Shown here: positions 56,301-64,000 of the stretch, piece by piece | Position numbering within the stretch: position 1 is the first letter of the stretch | Layout: each line of letters opens with the position of its first letter | Assembly (NCBI GenBank): GCA_000165425.1 | Contig: CT868096.1 | Span: 702,601 to 766,600 of the forward strand | Direction: 5' to 3' | Source of the DNA: Paramecium tetraurelia | Taxonomy: Eukaryota | Length of the DNA: 64,000 bases | Translations under genes and position numbers: made by a program | Notes under the pieces: model-generated | The model's input: the letters and a program-made list of their open reading frames with translations, nothing else | Databases searched by the model: none | Told to the model about the DNA's origin: nothing

Positions 56301-57119
56301 AGTTGATTCATCGTCAAAATCTGCATAGGTTTTATTGTTCTTTTTGCAATAATTGCATAAGAAAAAATACCTTTTAGACCCACTCAACACTTAATCGAAA
56401 TACATAAAACCTAGTGAATAAGCCACTATCTAAACAATTAAACAAGTGATGTATATTCCAGGATTTAAGAAGTATTCTTACTCTTTATAGAGCCAATTTG
56501 AACTTAATAATAGCATTTAGAATGCTGTTTACGGTACAAATAATGTTGGTAATTGGCCAAGGAATGTTAATTTTGGCTCTGGTGCAAAATTTGAAATCAC
56601 AACAAATGTCAATACTACATTCAATAGTCCGATGAGTTCACTTGCTTTATTTTAGTTTTTGGAAAATGAACTTAAAAATAACACAAAAGATGCTAAGGCA
56701 CAAGAATATAAAATGAATCCTAAAAATAACATATCAATTCTTAAATGTCCATCGCCTGCTTCATTGAGTCTGAATATAATAAACGGTATTATATAGAGTA
56801 GTGAAACACCGATAGTCAAAACAAAAAATGTTATAATCCAGGATGCATAATAGGCATTTGAACTTAATCCCATTTATTATTACAACTTCTTAAAGTTTGA
56901 GCTTTTTTCTCTAATAATCAATATTAATGAGTGTCGTAATGCACCATTATTATTTAAGCAAACAAAGATTAACAAAATGTAATAGGTCTCATTATTTTTG
57001 TACGTAAAGATTATTGATAAAATTGCACTTAATATCGGAACGTATAAGTTTACCCAGAATTGTTTTGATCTGAAGTGTAAGGTGAAATTCTTCTCTAATA
57101 AAGTTTTTAGTTAATTCAT
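53398..57119 (-). CDS. ABCA-family full transporter (compact)
   Basis: NBD1 [46 protein letters not shown]2 [40 protein letters not shown]. Confidence 0.93.
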
Positions 57120-57800
57120 ATATACAATTATTTAATGATTAAAATATTAATATTTTTATATTATTACTTATAACACCATATAGAAACAAATTACATATGG
57201 ATGTAATTTAATAATCTCAATAATTATTAAACTTATTTTCTCATACAAATTTTGATAAAACAATCAGAATTGAATTTGTGCATTAATTGTAAATTGCATC
57301 AATAAATCTATTTACATTTCTACCTCATTGAATGTTATAATTTGCTCAGATCAGTCTATAATTATTTTGGATATGATAAACAAGAGGAACTATGATTATC
57401 TAAACTAAATTTTAAATTAAAAATTAAATTTTATACCATTATAAATAATAAGTGGAAGCTAGATTTCTAATTGTTATTAAAATGAAGCTTAATTAATCAT
57501 TTTATATAAAATACTGTCTCTAATACATATAATGTAATAGAGCCTCTAGATAGCAATCCAAATAAATGAATATTTTTTTAAAAATAAGTCTATTAAATTT
57601 GCACATACATTTTCTTAATAGGAATAACATATAAATCTAGGATCCTCTTTCTTTAAATACTATTCCACAGTGGTAGTTTATAAACGATTATCTATAATTA
57701 ATAGAATATAATTCTTATATATAGAGAATTTTAAAGGATTTTTACAATAAATATAAATATCTTGATGAAACATACTAATACCACTTCTTTTGGGAGAACA

Positions 57801-60580
57801 ATGGAATTTATTAGGAAGATATCTGATTATCGGTCAAGATATCAGCCGTTAGAGTTGTAACTACAAAAGAACGGAGGTCTATAAAAGCAAATATTTTATG
57901 AAGAAAATGGAATTACTAAAGTACATTCTACAAACATCAGCATTAAAGGAATAGGTTCACTAAGGAAAGCAGCTGATTAGACGGTAAAAAATGAATCAAT
58001 GATGAAATAATCATAAGTAATGAAGATTGATCATGAGGGATTAATTAGTGAGATCATATTTTTATAGAATAAGGATAGAAGAAAAACAGAAATTGAGTAA
58101 TTTGATGGGAACTAACAAAAGGAAATAGAAGAATTTTGTAGAGAAAATCCAATAAAGGTAATGATTTGCATAACAATGTATTCTGAACCTTTATCAGAAC
58201 TGTAAAAATCTTTATAGGGAATACAAGAAAGTCTTTAAGAGTTTTATGAAAATGATATATTGCCACAGTAAATTGTAGTAGTCGTGATTTACGATGGGAT
58301 TGAAAATATAAGAAATTAAGCAGATGAAAATAATAATAACCAAGAAGGTGACATTATACGTAAATATCGTATTTAATTTAGCCTACTTTTGTTAATATTT
58401 GGACAAATAAAACAATATAGAAGTGAATTAAACATTGGAATATTAATATTTGAGATACAAGTTCAAAAAAGAACTAATTTAAAAATACTCTTTGGAGTAA
58501 AGAAAATTATTTTAAGAGAAACCAGATTAATTAAAATCTATATATCAAGATAAATATTTAAGAAATGAAATCAAACAATAATAATAAAATGAAAATGATC
58601 TTTAAGCTATAATAAAAATTATGGAGGAGCAGCATAGGAAGGCGGTGGAATATGTTAAATTAAGATAAGATAATGCTTTGGTTTATCAAAATGTTTAAAA
58701 AATAAAGCTTCCAAATAAAGATGAAGAATAAATGCCCATCTTTCATGTTTTTAAATTTGCTAATGGAACTAAATTGTCTTCACATTTATGGTTTTTTAAA
58801 GGGTTTTGTCATGAATTTAAGCCAGAATATTGTGTTTTGATGGACTGTGGAGCCAGACCATAGAAAGGGTCCGTATACAATTTGGTAAAGGAACTAATCG
58901 ATAATGATCAAGTAGGAGGTGCATGTGGAAAAATGACGATTGAGTTATCTAAAACAGGCAATTAAAAGGATGAATATATGGACATTCTAACTGAACTGTT
59001 AAGTGTGAACATTTTCAATATCGAAAGATGTTAAAAATGTGAGTATGATATTGGCAATTTATTGGATAAGTAATTTGAGTCAGCATTGAACTTTATTTAA
59101 GTTCTACCTGGAGCATATTCAGCCTATAGATACAAAGCTTTTTCGACTAAATATAAAAAGAATACTGAACCTGAAATTAACAATTCCTAATAAGTACAAG
59201 CGAATAATGAATAGGAGGTTAGTTAAAATGAAAACATTCTCGACTATTATCTAAAATCTAAATTAGATCATAATTATGAACATGCCACCTTAGAAGAAGC
59301 AAACATGTTTTTAGCAGAGGATCGAGTCTTGTGTTTATACTTATTTTGTAATGGTTACTACTTAAGATATGTCAGGGATGCTTTGGTTGAGGTTGACCCT
59401 CCCTAAACCATGATTTAACTGTTATTGCAAAGAAGAAGATGGATAAATGGATCATTTTTTGCTTTGAATTATGTAATAAAGAAGTTCGGAGAGTTATTGC
59501 CTAATAGTGGTCATTCTAGAACCGATCAATATCTATTCATAATTTGTTTGGTATTTGCCAGAATTTCATAAGGTAAAATTACTAATAAATTTAGCTATGC
59601 AATATTCCATAATCTCGCTATAGATGGTTTGGTTATACATGATTCTAAATACTTTAACAGAAACTTTAGAGAAAGTCGTTGCTGCAGCAATTAAATAGGC
59701 AGTAATGGGAAGTTACGGCTTCTTAATTTTCTGTTTGATTTACCTTTCATTAAATTACAATCCAAGTAGTGTTAACATGATTAGCAAGAAGGATGAAAAA
59801 GAGGAAGAAAGACATAAAATCAATTCATACTTCTTCTCAAAATTTTATGGGATATCTACATTATTAGGGCTATTCAGCATTTTCAACGCTGGAATAACAA
59901 TTTATTTGTTCATAGAAGAATTGATAATCAACCTATCGCCATTCAACTTTTTTCAATATCCTTAGGATCTGCCTTCTTATGTTTATTTTATCGTTTTACT
60001 CTCAATAATTTTAACAATTTTACCCTTTTTATTACAAATTTGTATTGATCGGAAATTGGTAATCTAAATAGCAATAAATTCAATCCATTATGTCTACTAT
60101 ATGCCAACTTATACTCATTTATTTATCACTTACTCTTTTTGCAGAATAGACGATTTGACTTGGGGAACCAAAGGTTTAACATAGGAATTAGAGAACAAAG
60201 ATTAAAATAATAGAGAATCAAATAAAAAGTATCAAAAGGCTAAATTTTTGGTAAAATGGATTTTTTGGAATGTTGCCTTAGTATTAACTTTTTATTTGCT
60301 ATTTTCTTTCAAAATTCAAAATATCATAATTATAATAGTATTAGCATTGGGAGTGACTTTTAGTATATTGTAATTAGCAAAGTTTTTTGGGTACTTTAAA
60401 TTTTGGATTAAATTGATAATATCAAAAAAGGAATCCAATAATTAAGTGCATAATTTCAATGAATAATAATAAATTGTAAGGCGCAAAACTAAGAAAGAAA
60501 GAAGCATAAAGCAAAAGGAATATACAAAAGCATTGTATTAACCTTTTCCTTAAGATGAAGGATAATCTTAGACTCAATGA
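57801..60580 (+). CDS. Chitin synthase (GT2)
   Basis: VMICITMYSE, VVIYDG, NGTKLSSHLWFF, VLMDCG, VLPGAYSAYRY, ANMFLAEDRVLC, LLLQRRRWINGS, SFCRIDDLTWGTKG, multiple TM helices. Confidence 0.93.
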
Positions 60581-60610
60581 TATATTTTAATAATAATTAT
60601 AGATTGATAT

Positions 60611-62160
60611 CATTCATCTCCTTTCATTTTTGAAGCAGCTGAAATTTCTGTATTTCACATGGGAAATAGAACTTTGACATGATATCTCTGATAGTCAATA
60701 GGTTGTATTCTGGTACCACACCTTATCTAAATTTATATAAGGTACTCTTGTAGCATCTAGATTTTTGATTTTCTAAGATTAATGAGATATATACTCTGAC
60801 AGCCGGTTCAATGTCTTGTGTTGAGTATTTTTAATTTTTGAGATCAGACATAAATGGAACATTTTTGCATCTGATTCCTTCATTAACAATGGCAACTCTG
60901 TTCTATTTAGATAGTGTAAAGTTGTATTTTCTATAAGTTCATGAAATCTAACATAACTACCAGATGCAAAGATTCTCTTAATATCAGTTCTCTAGAAGTA
61001 ATCCACTTTAACTCTCCCTGCATTATCGAATTCGAATTAATGATCACTAACTTCTGCTAATTCAGTTTTTGGTAATAAGATCACTGCATCAGATTTAAGT
61101 TTCTGCTTTCCCTTGAAGACAATGAAATCGTTTTCGAACTTCTTAATCTTGATGTTGTCATATATATTGATTCCTTTTTCAACATGCAGATCCAAACAAG
61201 ATTTGTGAATTCAGGACCATACTGGACTTGGAATTGACTTTCGTCTTTGGGATCAATGATGTTGATTTTGATGTTTGGATATCCTTATCAAATTGTTTAA
61301 GCCTCTAATAATGACATTGCTGTTGCTATCAATATTGTGTCATAAGCAATCTTGTTGCTGTCATCCAACTCCACATATGTATTACGATATTTATTATTTA
61401 CATAAGAGATTTTTCTGCCTAATTAGCATCAATAGCAATAGCTTAGTACCATCTATCCTTTCTAAAAAAGAATTCTTCAGGTTTTGTTGGCTTGATTCTT
61501 TTGCTCATCTTGGTCTTGTTATATGGCATATAATTGTCATTCGAAATGTAGGATAACTCTCCTATATATCTAAATTCTCTCAAAGTAGTCAAACAAGAAA
61601 TGCAGCTGCTCCTCCTCAATATATAATGACTTTTCTTTGATTGTTGTAATCTCTAAAATGATGTTAAGGAATAATCTTTTTAGACACTATTAGAGGAGCA
61701 TAAACCTCAATTGAGTCTTCATTCTCCTTTACTCCAAACTTAGGCAAATTATCAATAGATGGAGGTCCTTCAACCATGACATTTGTAATATTGAATTAGC
61801 ATCCATGTTTTGGACAATCTAACTTATCCCCAAAACAAATTCCTACGGATAAATCTGTTTCCAGATCGTATGGACATAGACTTCCAAAAGCATATATCTT
61901 GCCTTTATATCTCATTATAATTATTTAATAATCTTCATCTCCATTCTATATCATAAATGGCACTCTGCAACATGCAGGTACTCCTAATTCTTTTACAAGC
62001 GAAGAAAAATATGGGAATTAATTTCAATGTTCACCTCCTCATATAAAATTTAATAAAATTGTTTTCGATATTGTATGTATATTTAACTCCAAAGCATCTC
62101 AGCATAATTAAGTATGGTAATTAAATTTCAACACTTTCAACCAGATTTACTCTAAAATTA
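60611..62160 (-). pseudogene. AIFM3-like Rieske/pyridine nucleotide-disulfide oxidoreductase pseudogene
   Basis: Rieske-like CPYD..CPKHGCQF..GPP and Rossmann VII..GGAAA, with in-frame TGA at 61616-61618. 1-nt frameshifts near 61600, 61420 and 61195, plus apparent internal deletions. Ends approximate. Confidence 0.8.
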
Positions 62161-63076
62161 AATTAATAGACAAATCTTATTCTATTATGAACTTTATAAA
62201 TTCTTTCTTAGTATTAAGTGTGATTAATTAAATTCATTTTAGGCAGTAGAATAAAGTAAATAAATTAAAATTATGTATGAGGGTAATTAAAGCATCAACT
62301 TTTTAGATTAAGAATATTCAAAACAAATCTTTAATTAAGAGTAGAGGCTCTCTTTAGTTAGACATTACATTGAATATTATGAAAACGTTAATATTATTTT
62401 AATCATTGTCATTACATTATTAATTTCTGAATAATAATTTGAATTTTTTCAAATTTATGATTCGTTGCACTAGTATATTGGGATTGAATTCTGATTAAAA
62501 AAATCATATTCTTTCATTTCAAGGAGAATTCTTAACCATACTAGTATTTATCTTAATATATTAAAACTAATTTGGTCACCATGATTTATGAGGCCGAAGG
62601 GTTTTTATTTTGCTTCATATATATGTTAATTAATAAATAATATAATAAAATCAATGATGTAAGATTCATTATTTGCTGAATCCTTTTGGAATCCTATTTC
62701 GCTCACTTCATTTTCACATGACGACGATTATAATGTAAATTTTTAGATCTCATTTAATTTAGGTCTTTTAACTACACTCTGAAAACACCCCAGTAGTAAT
62801 AAGAGTCATTGATGGGTAATTAATATCTAGTAGTTAATAATTGGATTTATTTCAAACATACATAACTTTAGATGAGAAGGGAGTAACACTCCAAAATCAA
62901 TTTGGATAAATTACATACTCAGGGCCATAATTATAGTAGTTTTATGAACTCATTAATAAACTCTGTATGCATCTAGATATTCACAATCATTACTAAATTG
63001 AGAAACAGACTCATTAGTTAGATAATTTTGAAGTATTATTATATTATTCAATTAGATTTTTCAATCTAGAGATAAA

Positions 63077-64000
63077 ATGACTGGTATTTTAAAATCGATA
63101 AAAAAATACTCAAAAAACCTAGGAAAACAGTATTTGAAGGACATTCTCAGCTACTCAAATTATGAGATTTTATATGAAGATGACCAATATTTATATTTGG
63201 TCATTTAGTATTTAAATGAATAAAATATTCAAAACTTGGCTTTCGAACAGTCCTTCTTTGGATTACTTAAACTTCTATACAATTATCACAAGAAAGGATT
63301 AGCGTTGAATCATTTTTCTGTAAAACTATAAGATTTATGTTAGGAATCAAATACCATTTTGTTGGATGAAAATTATAATATGGAAATACTGGATAATTCT
63401 TAACTTAAAAGAATTACTTAAGATTATCAAAACGATGTCTTGAAAGATGTGTAAATTATCAAAAGTTATTTAATTTAATAGTAAGTTAACTTATATATTT
63501 CAGATTTCCCCACAAATAAGATACCCTCTTAGATGTTGTTGATACTACTTTTAACTCCGTACAAGAACTATTATTTCATTAATGTTTTATTAATTACTTT
63601 GGAGAGAGAAACTTTTTTGTGTTCCTCAATGCATAACCATATTAACAGTTAGGCTATCTCTCTTCTAATCCGTAATTAAATTTGCTTGAAACCTTCAACA
63701 CTATTAGATCAAGCATCATGGATTCATCTGATGAATCAGAAGACGTCTAATTAATTAATCAGTTTAATTTTTGCTAATCCCAGTTCGAAGACTCTCCAAT
63801 GCTCTCTCCTTAGTTGAAACCAAAACACCAATCAAGATTATCAAGTAGATAAGTTGTGCTAGAAACCCTATTAAATGAACATATAATTACACCTGAATAA
63901 TTCTAATAGTTTTATAAAGAAGAAGATTTTCAGAACGAACAAGAAATCAATGAATTCAGCGAGATGCTCTCTAAGGAAATTGAAAATTCTTAACTAACAA
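63077..64000 (+). CDS. Hypothetical protein with degenerate kinase-like N-terminus; runs off the window
   Basis: YEILYEDDQYLYLVIQYL..LLKLLYNYHKKGL..ILLDENY resembles kinase subdomains IV-VII, but without HRD or DFG. Confidence 0.45.

Noticed and set aside
61616..61618. In-frame TGA in an oxidoreductase as possible selenocysteine
   Set aside because: It sits in the Gly-rich Rossmann loop, not at a Cys position, and is accompanied by frameshifts, so pseudogenisation explains it.
62580..63015. Possible small minus-strand gene (MSLFLNLVMIV..)
   Set aside because: Frame closes early and no convincing intron or motif support.

Overview
Eukaryotic, very AT-rich, gene-dense DNA with the hallmarks of a Paramecium-type ciliate macronuclear chromosome. 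TAA/TAG read as Gln (translation table 6), TGA is the only stop, introns are about 20-32 nt (GT..AG), and intergenic gaps are often under 50 bp. The supplied standard-code ORF track is therefore fragmented. Re-reading by hand gives about 28 genes. They include two tandem purple acid phosphatases (the second catalytically degenerate), BBS2, SIN1, a HECT E3 ligase, DnaJ, a two-pore channel, a small twin-CX3C protein, ZMAT2/Snu23, a microcephalin-like BRCT protein and three TTLL enzymes. Also present are copine, RPB7, two compact ABCA transporters, one ABCC, a PP4R1-like HEAT protein, a large PAS/TM protein, an NBR1-like PB1-polyQ-FW protein, a kinase, NFU1 and a chitin synthase. Two clear pseudogenes (PP2C, AIFM3-like) are present. 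The most striking item is the E3 ligase: the DUSP-UBL module of USP4/11/15 deubiquitinases is fused in frame to an AZUL-HECT (UBE3A/E6AP-type) ligase. All family calls come from motif recognition by eye, with no searches run, and exon boundaries are manual.
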